Below are positions 38,027-47,236 of a stretch of DNA of 64,000 bases, piece by piece. How positions within the stretch are numbered: position 1 is the stretch's first letter; each line of letters begins with the position of its first letter. Source of the stretch: a bacterium (lineage in GTDB: Bacteria > ARS69); contig JAWKKG010000002.1 of assembly GCA_041393395.1 (NCBI GenBank), forward strand, positions 759,620-823,619, written 5' to 3'. The position numbers and the translations under genes are program-made. The notes under the pieces are model-generated. The model was not told the DNA's origin and ran no database searches. It saw nothing but the letters and a program-made list of their open reading frames with translations.

Positions 38027-39713
38027 CGGACTCCGCCAGCGCCCGTTCGAGCTCCGCCTGCACGCGGGCGGCGACGTCGTCCGCGGTCCTCCGCGCGGCC
38101 TCCACCGCCATCGTCGCGCGCGATCGAACGTCTTCCGCCCAGCTCGCGTCCGTCACTCCCGGCAGATTGATCAGCACGTTGTAGAACGCACCGTCGGCGC
38201 AGGCGCGCGCGGTGAGCGCCGCCACGCCGGCGTCCGAGAGCGAGTTCCGGTTGCCCTGCGCCGCCACGATCCCGGCGAGCTCGGCCGCGCGCGCGGCGCG
38301 CTGCAGCACACCGAGCGGGACCTCCGTCGCGTGCTTCGTCGCGTCGAGGATCGCCCGGTCGCGTTCCGCGGCTTCCTCGGGCGTCCCGCGCTTCTTCTTC
38401 ATCGCCGCGAACAGCTCGTTGAAGGCGTCGGTGTCGCGGTCGATGTCCGCGAGGAACGCGTCCTTGAGCGACTGCGCTTCGTAGCCGACGTCCTTCAGCC
38501 CCTCGGACACGTCTTCGTAACCCTTTCGCCCGACCGTGAGGTTCGTGACCATGGCCGTGAGCGCGGCCGAAAGCGAGCCGCAAAGCGAGGCGACGCTCCC
38601 GCCGCCCGGCGCGGGGCTGTCGGTGGAGAGCTCGTCGGTGAAGTTCGCGATCGTGCGATCCGCGAGGAGTCCCTCACGCCGCAGGCGGTACTCGATGATC
38701 TTCTCGGCGGGGTCGAAAGGGGCGAGGTCGTCCAGTCCGAGGCCCTTGACCGCGGCGTGAATGAGCTCGCGCTCGGGTACGCCCGCGGACAGACCGGCCT
38801 TCTTCAGCACGTGCACGCCGGCCCCGCGGATCGCCTCCAGCGGCACGAGCCCCACGATCTCGCTGCCGGTGACGCGCAGGCCGCGCGCCGTGGCGCCCTC
38901 GCAGATCGCGTCGAACACGTCGTGCATCGAGGTGACGTGATAGTTCGTCAGGTTGATCGAGACCTGCGCCGCTCCGTACTCGGGGATGTACCAGCCGACC
39001 GCCTTGCACTCGCGGAAGCGCCCCGGAGTCATCTCGAACTGGCCGTCCGCGCCTCGGATCGGCTTGCCCTCGGCGTCGCGCTTGCGGCGTCCGCGGTCGC
39101 GCACGTCGAGCGCGATGTCGTGCGCGAGGTCGCGGGAACGGACGTTCACGTTGACGTTGTACGCGATCAGGAACTCGCGGGCGCCGATCGCGGTGGCGCC
39201 GGTCTTCGGTCGGAATTCGTTCGGTCCGAAGTCGGGCTTCCATTCCGGCTTGCCGGCGCGCGCGGCCAGCCCCTCGTACTCGCCGGCCCGGACGTCCGCG
39301 AGGTTGCGGCGCTCGGGCCGGGAAGCCGCATGCTCGTAGAGGTACACGGGGATGCCGAGCTCCTCGCCCACGCGACGGCCGAGTCGGCGGGCAAGTTCCG
39401 CGCAGTCCTCCATGGTCACCCCGCTCACGGGCACGAACGGGCACACGTCGGTGGCGCCCATGCGCGGGTGGGCGCCGGAGTGCTGTCGCATGTCGAGGAC
39501 CTCGGCGGCCTTCGCGATCGCGCGGAACGCGGCCTCCACCACGTCGTCCGGCGCGCCCACGAACGTCACGACGGTGCGGTTCGTCTCGAAACCCGGATCG
39601 ACGTCGAGGAGAGTGACCCCCGGCGCGGCGCGCAGGACGTCGGTGATCTTCTCGATGCGGGCCGGATCGCGTCCCTCGCTGAAGTTCGGGACGCACTCGA
39701 CGATGCGCTGCAT
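38016..39713 (-). CDS. ftcD: bifunctional glutamate formimidoyltransferase / formimidoyltetrahydrofolate cyclodeaminase
   Basis: N-terminus MQRIVECVPNFSEGRD is typical of the formiminotransferase domain. 565 aa with a C-terminal cyclodeaminase domain. Convergently overlaps the kinase 3' end by 11 bp. Confidence 0.85.
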   Translation of the reverse strand: MQRIVECVPNFSEGRDPARIEKITDVLRAAPGVTLLDVDPGFETNRTVVTFVGAPDDVVEAAFRAIAKAAEVLDMRQHSGAHPRMGATDVCPFVPVSGVTMEDCAELARRLGRRVGEELGIPVYLYEHAASRPERRNLADVRAGEYEGLAARAGKPEWKPDFGPNEFRPKTGATAIGAREFLIAYNVNVNVRSRDLAHDIALDVRDRGRRKRDAEGKPIRGADGQFEMTPGRFRECKAVGWYIPEYGAAQVSINLTNYHVTSMHDVFDAICEGATARGLRVTGSEIVGLVPLEAIRGAGVHVLKKAGLSAGVPERELIHAAVKGLGLDDLAPFDPAEKIIEYRLRREGLLADRTIANFTDELSTDSPAPGGGSVASLCGSLSAALTAMVTNLTVGRKGYEDVSEGLKDVGYEAQSLKDAFLADIDRDTDAFNELFAAMKKKRGTPEEAAERDRAILDATKHATEVPLGVLQRAARAAELAGIVAAQGNRNSLSDAGVAALTARACADGAFYNVLINLPGVTDASWAEDVRSRATMAVEAARRTADDVAARVQAELERALAESVSP

Positions 39714-39737
39714 GCGACTCTCCTCCGCGCCCGCCGG

Positions 39738-40376
39738 CTAGCCGGTGGGCAGCTCTTCGAATTCTCCGCGGGCGACGCGCACGCAGATGTCGGAAACGAT
39801 GGCCTGCAGATCGGTGTAGTTCTCCGCGACCGAGCCGTTCGGGATGCGTTCGATCAGGGCCTCGGGCGCGTTGAACAGGATCGGGTGATGCGCGACGCGG
39901 AACATCCCCTCGTCGTTCCAGCCGTCGCCGACGGCGATGATCCGGAAGCCGATGTCCTTGAGCGCGGCGATGATCCGGTCCTTGCGCCCGCGAATGCGGA
40001 GCCGATATCCCTCGATTCGCCCGTCGTCATCGGTGCGGAAGGTGTTCGCGAAGAGGTTCCAGCCGCCCATCCGCTGCACCAGGCCCTCCGACAGCTCGTG
40101 GAACGTGTCGGAGGCGATCATCACCTGGGCCTTCGTGCGGTACCACGCGAGCAGCTCGGTGGCCCCGGGGAAGGGCATGACGTCGTCGGCGATCCGGCGC
40201 AGCTCCGGGAGCCGCAGATCGTGCTGCCGGAGCAGCTCGACCCGCCGCGCCATCAGGCGGCCGAAATCCGGCTCGTCGTGGGTGGTCAGGCCGAGCTCCT
40301 CGATCCCGGTCAGGCGCGCGATCTCCGTCCAGATCTCCGGGACCAGGACCCCTTCGAGATCCGTGATGATGACCAT
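39738..40376 (-). CDS. thrH: HAD-family hydrolase, ThrH-like (phosphoserine phosphatase / homoserine phosphotransferase-like)
   Basis: HAD motif I DLEGVLVPEIW at the N-terminus and motif III ..AVGDGWND... Overall length and pattern match my recollection of Pseudomonas ThrH. GGAGGA RBS before ATG 40376. Confidence 0.65.
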   Translation of the reverse strand: MVIITDLEGVLVPEIWTEIARLTGIEELGLTTHDEPDFGRLMARRVELLRQHDLRLPELRRIADDVMPFPGATELLAWYRTKAQVMIASDTFHELSEGLVQRMGGWNLFANTFRTDDDGRIEGYRLRIRGRKDRIIAALKDIGFRIIAVGDGWNDEGMFRVAHHPILFNAPEALIERIPNGSVAENYTDLQAIVSDICVRVARGEFEELPTG

Positions 40377-40589
40377 GCCTCGTCCTCCGGGGGCGGGGGG
40401 ATGGGGGGGAGGCGCGCCCGGGGTCCGGGGCCTCCCGATCGGAGCCCGGCATTCTAGCGCATTCGAGCCGTTTCGGGGGTTTGCAGGACTTCCCGGGGCA
40501 TCCGTGCTATGCTACGGCGCCGCAGCGCGAACCTCGCGCCGCGAAACCACCCGACGCGAATCCGGAACCGAAACGTAAGGAACCCGCAC

Positions 40590-42059
40590 ATGGACCGCAC
40601 GCCCGCTGACGACATGCCGAACCTCCCCGAGACGCCCGAGGCGACGAACGAGACCGTCGCGGAGGCGAGCTCCCCCGAGGAGGCCGTTTCCCCTGCCACG
40701 ACGGAAGACTCCGGCGTCGTCGACGCCGCGACGTCCGCTGCCGCGACCGCGGCGGTCGACGCCGCCGGCGTACCGAGCGACTCGCCGAAGCCCGGCGCCC
40801 GCCTCAAGGGGCGGATCGTCAAGATCGACGAACAGTCGGCGTTCGTGGACTTCGGGGGACGGGAGGAAGCGGTCCTCGATGTGCGGGAGATCAAGGATCC
40901 GGAGGGCAAGCTGACCCGCAAGGTCGGCGACGAGCTCCAGGTCACCGTGCGCTCCGCGCAGGACGGCGTGAAGGTCACGATCAAGAGTGGCAAGGGCACG
41001 CCGGCGAATCTCCCGCAGCTGCTGGAGGCCGCGAACACGGGAGTGCCCGTGGAAGGCAAGGTCACCGGCGTGAACAAGGGCGGCCTCGTCGTCAACGTGA
41101 TGGGCGTGCGCGCATTCTGTCCGTTCTCGCAGATCGACCGCCACTACGTGGAAGATCCCTCGGTGTTCCTGAACAAGAAGCTCGAGTTCCGCGTTTCCTC
41201 GGCGGATCCGAAGGGCCGCAACGTCGTGCTCTCGCGCCGCGTCATCCTCGAGGAGGAGGCGAAGTCCAAGGCGCAGGATCTGCGTCGTGATCTGCAGATC
41301 GGTTCGATCGTGAAGGGCGTCGTCGCGCGGATCCGTCCGTTCGGCGCGTTCGTCGATCTCGGCGGCGTGGACGGTCTGATCCATGTCTCGGAGATCTCGC
41401 ACGCGCGCGTGAAGGATCCTTCCGAGGTGCTCAAGGTCGGCCAGGAGGTCGAGGTCAAGGTGCGGAGCATCGAGGACCTCGGCGGACCCAAGGAGCGCGT
41501 GAGCCTGTCGCTCAAGGACCTCGCGGCGGATCCGTGGGATACGTTCGTCTCGGGGCTCGAGATCGGATCGCGGGTCACCGCGAAGGTCGCGCGCGTCACG
41601 GACTTCGGTGCGTTCATGGAGCTCACGCCCGGCATCGACGGTCTCGCGCACGTGTCGACGCTCGCGCCGGGACGCGTGAACCATCCGTCCGACGTCGTCG
41701 AGGTCGGGCAGGAGCACGAGGTCTGGATCGTGTCGGTGGACCGCGACAAGCACCGGATCTCGCTCTCCCTCATCGAGCCCGGAACGTCCACGTCGCAGGG
41801 CGGCGGCGGCCATCACGATGCGCCGGAGTTCGACCCCTCCGACTACTCGGACTTCGGAGGCGGACGGGACTTCGGCGGCGGCGGCGGTCGCGGCGGTCGG
41901 GGCGGCGGTCGGCATCGCAAGGGCGGCGGGCGTCGCGATTCGCGTCGCAATCCGGACCTGGACGAGTACCACGCGAAGTCACGTCGCCAGCAGGAGTCCG
42001 GCCCCACGGCCATGGCGCAGGCGCTGCGTCGCGCCGGGCTGGCCGAGGACGACGACTAG
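40590..42059 (+). CDS. S1 RNA-binding-domain protein (ribosomal protein S1-like, four S1 repeats) with acidic N-terminus and RGG-rich C-terminal tail
   Basis: AAGGAA RBS before ATG 40590. Four S1 repeats (..GKVTGVNKGGLVVNV.., ..GVVARIRPFGAFVDLGG..IHVSEIS.., ..VTAKVARVTDFGAFMEL..). C-terminal GGGRGGRGGGRHRKGGGRR tract. Confidence 0.8.
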   Translation: MDRTPADDMPNLPETPEATNETVAEASSPEEAVSPATTEDSGVVDAATSAAATAAVDAAGVPSDSPKPGARLKGRIVKIDEQSAFVDFGGREEAVLDVREIKDPEGKLTRKVGDELQVTVRSAQDGVKVTIKSGKGTPANLPQLLEAANTGVPVEGKVTGVNKGGLVVNVMGVRAFCPFSQIDRHYVEDPSVFLNKKLEFRVSSADPKGRNVVLSRRVILEEEAKSKAQDLRRDLQIGSIVKGVVARIRPFGAFVDLGGVDGLIHVSEISHARVKDPSEVLKVGQEVEVKVRSIEDLGGPKERVSLSLKDLAADPWDTFVSGLEIGSRVTAKVARVTDFGAFMELTPGIDGLAHVSTLAPGRVNHPSDVVEVGQEHEVWIVSVDRDKHRISLSLIEPGTSTSQGGGGHHDAPEFDPSDYSDFGGGRDFGGGGGRGGRGGGRHRKGGGRRDSRRNPDLDEYHAKSRRQQESGPTAMAQALRRAGLAEDDD

Positions 42060-42089
42060 GCCGCCGATCGGGCGGCTCGGAACGACGAC

Positions 42090-42116
42090 GGGGGCCCCTG
42101 TGGCCCCCGTCTTTTT
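42090..42116 (+). terminator. rho-independent terminator downstream of the S1-domain gene
   Basis: gggggcc-cctgt-ggccccc stem-loop followed by gtcttttt, 31 nt after the stop codon. Confidence 0.6.
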
Positions 42117-42196
42117 GCGGCGATGCTTTTCCGTATCTCCGCACTTCCGCACTTCCGCACCGCGCAGGCGAGCGGAGGCGAGTTCTCGATCGCGGC

Positions 42197-43054
42197 CTAT
42201 CTGTCGCCGGAGACTCGGACGAGGTCGGCGACCACGGCCCGGTGATCGCTCGCGCCGGGAGACGCGACCCACGAACCGAGCGATGCCCACTGCTCGTCGT
42301 GCAGGATGTGATCGATCTTCACCGCCCCGCGCAGGCCGATCGCGGAGAGGGGGAAGCTGGTTCCCCAGCCGTCGCGCCACGGATGCCAAGACTGCTCGAA
42401 ATCACGCGCGAGCGAGAACCCCTCCGGCGACCACGGCAGCGAGTTGAGGTCCCCGGCGAAGATCAGCGGCAGGGTCTCGGGGCCGAGGTGTTCGCGCAGC
42501 GCGTGGATCTGCTCGAGTCGGGTCTTCGTGTTCGAGAGCGGCCAGCCCCACGGGCGGGCGAGGTGCACGCACACGAACCGGATCGGACCCTCCGGCGTGT
42601 CGATGCGCGCGAGCAGCGCCACGCGCGGCCAGCGCCCGTCGCCGCGCGGAAGCTCGAAGGTCTCCGTCTCCGCGATCGGCCAGCGGGAGAGGATCGCGAT
42701 CCCGTGCTCGCCGCCGTGCTCGACCTCGAAGCTGCCCGCGAACGCCGACTCGAGGCCGAGCGCCGCGCCGATCTGCCCCGCCTGGTCCTGGCTGCGCGAG
42801 CGGGCGATCCCGCGTTCGACTTCCTGGAGCGCGACCAGGTCGGGCGAGAGGGCGCGCAGGTCCTCGGCGATCTCGTTCATGCCCCCGAGACCCGCGCGGA
42901 TGTTGTACGTCACGACCCGGAGCGCGGGCGGGGCGGGACGCGGGGGCACGGTATCCGGCGCGCGCGCCGAGACCGCCACCCCCACGGCAATCAGCAGGAC
43001 CACGAGGACCCACACCGACGCTCCGCGGACTCCGAATCGCCGGGGTCTCTTCAA
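42197..43054 (-). CDS. secreted endonuclease/exonuclease/phosphatase (EEP) family protein
   Basis: TTG 43054 (MKRPRRFGVRGASVWVLVVLLIAVGVAVSA signal). EEP motifs (..LRVVTYNIRAG.., ..LVALQEVE.., ..GDLNS.., ..SDHRAV..). Upstream 425 aa of the track ORF are Arg/Glu/Asp junk. Confidence 0.7.
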   Translation of the reverse strand: MKRPRRFGVRGASVWVLVVLLIAVGVAVSARAPDTVPPRPAPPALRVVTYNIRAGLGGMNEIAEDLRALSPDLVALQEVERGIARSRSQDQAGQIGAALGLESAFAGSFEVEHGGEHGIAILSRWPIAETETFELPRGDGRWPRVALLARIDTPEGPIRFVCVHLARPWGWPLSNTKTRLEQIHALREHLGPETLPLIFAGDLNSLPWSPEGFSLARDFEQSWHPWRDGWGTSFPLSAIGLRGAVKIDHILHDEQWASLGSWVASPGASDHRAVVADLVRVSGDR

Positions 43055-43065
43055 GCGGTGCGCTC

Positions 43066-43557
43066 CTACGACAGGGTCGAGTCGAGCAGGACGACCCGTT
43101 CCTCGCCGAATCGGCGCGCACGATCGAGGAGTCCGGTCGCGTTCGCGACCTCCTCGCGCTGCTCCGAGACGTACCACTGCAGGAACTCGAACGCCGAGTG
43201 GTCCTTCTCCGCCGTGGCGAGATCGACGAGCTCGTAGATCGCGCGCGTGACGTCCTGCTCGGCGGCGAGGAAGCTCTCGATCGCCGCCAGGGCCGACTCG
43301 TACGTGCTCTTCGGTTGCGGCTGGGCCGGGATCACGACGTGGCCACCGACCTCGCCGAGGTAGTGGACGATCTTGAGGGCGTGCTCGTTCTCCTCCTGGC
43401 CCTGCCGGAAGAAGAACTTCGCGAAGCCGGGAAGCCCCTGCTCCTCGAACCAGGCGGCGAGGGCGTAGTACTGGTACGACGCGCCGAACTCGCGGCCGAT
43501 CTGGGCGTTGAGCGCTTCGTTCATCTTGGAGCCGATCATCGCGCGGTCCTGCCGCAT
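43066..43557 (-). CDS. ferritin (non-heme, Ftn-type)
   Basis: ATG 43557 with GGAGGAG upstream. Ferroxidase-site pattern (..NAQIGREFGASYQYYALAAWF.. ..QEENEHALKIVHYL.. ..EKDHSAFEFLQWYVSEQREE..). Confidence 0.8.
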   Translation of the reverse strand: MRQDRAMIGSKMNEALNAQIGREFGASYQYYALAAWFEEQGLPGFAKFFFRQGQEENEHALKIVHYLGEVGGHVVIPAQPQPKSTYESALAAIESFLAAEQDVTRAIYELVDLATAEKDHSAFEFLQWYVSEQREEVANATGLLDRARRFGEERVVLLDSTLS

Positions 43558-43735
43558 GGGTTCTCCTCCGGTGCGGTGGGGGACGAAACGTACCATCGTA
43601 CCGGCGGACGCGGAGGGGGCAACCCCGTTCGCGCGGGGCGCCCGGGATCGCGGCCGGACGCCGGTCTGCGGCTTGACGGTCCCCGGCCCGTTCCGCACCA
43701 TGAAGGCCACGCTGGCGAATCCCGAGGGGAGCCGC

Positions 43736-44674
43736 ATGTCCGAATCCGTTTCCCACCCCTCCGGGGACGGGGCTCCCGCCCCGCCCGACGCCGCCGCGGG
43801 CCGCGCGCGGTGGGCGCCCTACGCGGAGCTCACGAAGCCGGGCCTCACGAGCCTCGTGCTGATCACGACCGGTCTCGGGTACCTGCTCGCCTCCCGCGGA
43901 CCCACGAACTGGTTCGGGCTCGTGTGCGCCGTGGCGGGCACCGCGCTCGTCGGCGGGGGGGCGAACGGCCTCAACCAGTGGTGGGAGCGTGAACGCGACG
44001 CCCGGATGCGTCGGACGAAGGATCGCCCGTTCCCTTCGCGTCGGATCTCGACGGCGGCCGGCGTGACGTTCTCGATCGCGATCTCGATCCTCGGCGTCGC
44101 GCTGCTCGCCGTCACCGCGAACGCGCTCACGGCGTGGCTCGCGTTCGCGTCCTGGGCGGTCTACCTGTTCCTTTACACGCCGCTCAAGCCCCGCACGACG
44201 CTGAACACGCTCGTGGGGGCGATCTCGGGAGCGATTCCGCCGATGCTGGGCTGGACGGCGGCGTCGGGCCGGGTCGAGGCCGGCGCGTGGGTCCTGTTCG
44301 CGATCCTGTTCGTCTGGCAGATCCCGCACTTCCTCGCGATCGCGTGGCTCTACCGCGCCGACTACGAGGCCGGCGGCTTCCGGATGCTGCCCGTGGTCGA
44401 TCCGGCCGGCCGGGCCACGTTCCGGGTCGCCGTCTTCTACTGCGTCGGCCTGCTCCCCGTGACCTGGTCCGCGAGCCTGGTGGGCATCAGCGGCTGGATC
44501 TACCTGCTCGGGTCGACGTTGCTCGGGGTCGGCATGCTGCGCTACGGCCTTCGCCTGTACCGCGAAGGCACGGCCGAGGCGGCCCGGAACCTCTTCCTGA
44601 CCTCGATCGCCTACCTGCCGGCCCTGTTCCTGGTGATGCTGCTGGATCCCACCCGGCTCCCGAGGTTCTCCTAG
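43736..44674 (+). CDS. ctaB: protoheme IX farnesyltransferase (heme O synthase)
   Basis: UbiA-family with nine or so TM helices and conserved ..NQWWERERDARMRRTKDRPFPSRRIS.. Asp-rich prenyltransferase motif. Alternative start at 43700. Confidence 0.9.
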   Translation: MSESVSHPSGDGAPAPPDAAAGRARWAPYAELTKPGLTSLVLITTGLGYLLASRGPTNWFGLVCAVAGTALVGGGANGLNQWWERERDARMRRTKDRPFPSRRISTAAGVTFSIAISILGVALLAVTANALTAWLAFASWAVYLFLYTPLKPRTTLNTLVGAISGAIPPMLGWTAASGRVEAGAWVLFAILFVWQIPHFLAIAWLYRADYEAGGFRMLPVVDPAGRATFRVAVFYCVGLLPVTWSASLVGISGWIYLLGSTLLGVGMLRYGLRLYREGTAEAARNLFLTSIAYLPALFLVMLLDPTRLPRFS

Positions 44675-44757
44675 CGCGATCCGGGCCCCGCTCAGCCGCT
44701 CCGCAACGCCGGCCGATACCCGGGAGGACGTCCCGATCCCGTTCCCGGGGGAGCCGC

Positions 44758-46164
44758 ATGCCCAAGGAGCCTTCCGGCCACCCGTCGTCGGGCCACACGT
44801 CGCCCGACCAACCGCCGGCCGCCGGCCCGCCGACGGGGGAGAGCCCCCTGGCGGGTCTCACGGCCCCCGACCGGAGAAAGACGCCGCGCCCCGACTCGCT
44901 CGAGCTGCGCCTCGATGCGGCCCTGCGCGAGCGTCGAAGCGACTCCCGGATTCTGATCGTGGACGACACCGCGACGAACCGGAAGCTCCTGCGCGCGATC
45001 CTGGCGAACGAAGGCTGCGAGATCCTCGAGGCGACCGACGGCGAGGAGGGGCTCCGCCTCGCGCGAGAGACCCAGCCCGACCTCGTTCTCCTCGACGTGG
45101 TCATGCCGAAGCGCGACGGATACGACGTCTGCGCGGAGCTCAAAGCGGATCGTGCCACGGCGGAGATCCCCGTACTGTTCCTCTCCGCCAAGACCGAGTC
45201 CGCGGACAAGATCCGCGGCCTCGAGCTCGGCGCCGTGGACTACGTGACCAAGCCGTTCCATCGCGGCGAGATTCTCGCGCGGGTGCGCACGCACCTCGAG
45301 AATCGACGTCTCGCCCGCGCCCTCCGCCAGCTGAACCGCGAACTCCTCCGGAATCAGCGACGCCTGGAAGAGGACCTGCGCGCGGCCGCGATGATCCAGT
45401 CGAGCCTGATTCCGTCGGAGTCGCTGAAGGACCGTTTCGACGAGCTGCGTCTCGAGTGGGCGTTTCGCCCGTGCCAGGCGATCGGTGGCGACGTCTTCCA
45501 CGTGCTGAGGCTCGACCCGGATCACGTGGGCATCTACATCGTGGACGTGGCCGGACACGGCGTGCCGTCCGCCATGGTGACGGTGTCCGTGTCGCAGTGC
45601 CTGAGCCCGGTGGGCACCGGCCTGCTGAAGGAGCGGATTCCGGACCCGCCGTACTACCGGCTGCCGGGGCCCGCGAAGGTGCTGGAGCGACTCGAGGCGG
45701 AGTTCCCGCTCGACCGATTCGACAAGTACTTCACGGCCGCGTATCTGCTGTTCGATCTGCAGACGGGCAAGCTCCGGTACTCGCGCGCGGCGCACCCGAG
45801 TCCGGTGCTCCTGCGAAAGGGCGGCGAGCTCGAGACGCTGGAGGAGGGGGGCTCGATCATCGGGCTCGGGATGGGCGTGCCGTTCCGCGAGGGAGCGACG
45901 CGGCTCGAGGTCGGCGATCGGCTGTTCCTGTTCACGGACGGCATCCACGAGCGCCTGAACCACGCCGGGGAACGCTACGGCGCACGTCGACTCGGGGAGA
46001 CGCTGTCCCGGTTCGCGTCGCACACGCTCGAGGAGACGTGCGCGGGCCTTCTCGCCGACGTCGAGGAGCATGCCGGTGGGCTCGCGGCCACCGATGACGT
46101 GACGGTGCTCGCGCTCGAGTACCGCGGCTCCACGATCGCCACTCGTCGCGCGCGCCGGAGCTGA
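44758..46164 (+). CDS. response regulator receiver fused to PP2C/SpoIIE-type serine phosphatase
   Basis: ATG 44758 with GGGGGAG upstream. REC (RILIVDDTATNRKLL..DLVLLDVVMPKRDGYDV..). PP2C core (..CQAIGGDVFHV..IVDVAGHGVPSAM..LFLFTDGIHE..). 84 bp downstream of ctaB. Confidence 0.8.
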   Translation: MPKEPSGHPSSGHTSPDQPPAAGPPTGESPLAGLTAPDRRKTPRPDSLELRLDAALRERRSDSRILIVDDTATNRKLLRAILANEGCEILEATDGEEGLRLARETQPDLVLLDVVMPKRDGYDVCAELKADRATAEIPVLFLSAKTESADKIRGLELGAVDYVTKPFHRGEILARVRTHLENRRLARALRQLNRELLRNQRRLEEDLRAAAMIQSSLIPSESLKDRFDELRLEWAFRPCQAIGGDVFHVLRLDPDHVGIYIVDVAGHGVPSAMVTVSVSQCLSPVGTGLLKERIPDPPYYRLPGPAKVLERLEAEFPLDRFDKYFTAAYLLFDLQTGKLRYSRAAHPSPVLLRKGGELETLEEGGSIIGLGMGVPFREGATRLEVGDRLFLFTDGIHERLNHAGERYGARRLGETLSRFASHTLEETCAGLLADVEEHAGGLAATDDVTVLALEYRGSTIATRRARRS

Positions 46165-46171
46165 TCCGGCT

Positions 46172-46840
<669 letters not shown>

Positions 46841-46865
46841 TCGGTCCCCGAGGGCGGCGCCCCCG

Positions 46866-47225
46866 CTAGGACGGGGACGCCTCGGTGGCGGCGGCCGGCA
46901 TGTCCGGGGCGTACCCCGGAATGAGCGTCGGCTGATACTGCTTCGTGTCCAGGAGCGCGAACGTGATGAAGAGGAACACGAACAGCAGGGCGGATACGAA
47001 CACGATCGCGTTGAACGGCTTGTCCCAGCGCAGGTGCATGAAGAAGAGCGCCACGAGCGTGGACTTGATCACCGCGATGCCGAGCGCCACCACGATGTTC
47101 AGGGGGCCGAGCTGGAAGTTCGTCACGGCCACCGTGGCCCACGTCAGGAAGATCAGGGCGCCCCAGGTCCCGAGGAGGATCCGGAGCGGCACGGCGTGTG
47201 CAGTATCGGCGTGGTTTCCGGCCAA
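46866..47225 (-). CDS. ctaF: cytochrome c oxidase subunit IV (prokaryotic CtaF-type)
   Basis: TTG 47225 preceded by GGAGA, 11 nt after the subunit III stop. 119 aa with three TM helices (..LGTWGALIFLTWATVAV.., ..LNIVVALGIAVIKSTLVALFFMHL.., ..AIVFVSALLFVFLFITFALL). Rest of the 404-aa track ORF is out-of-frame junk. Confidence 0.5.
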   Translation of the reverse strand: MAGNHADTAHAVPLRILLGTWGALIFLTWATVAVTNFQLGPLNIVVALGIAVIKSTLVALFFMHLRWDKPFNAIVFVSALLFVFLFITFALLDTKQYQPTLIPGYAPDMPAAATEASPS

Positions 47226-47236
47226 GGTCGGTCTCC

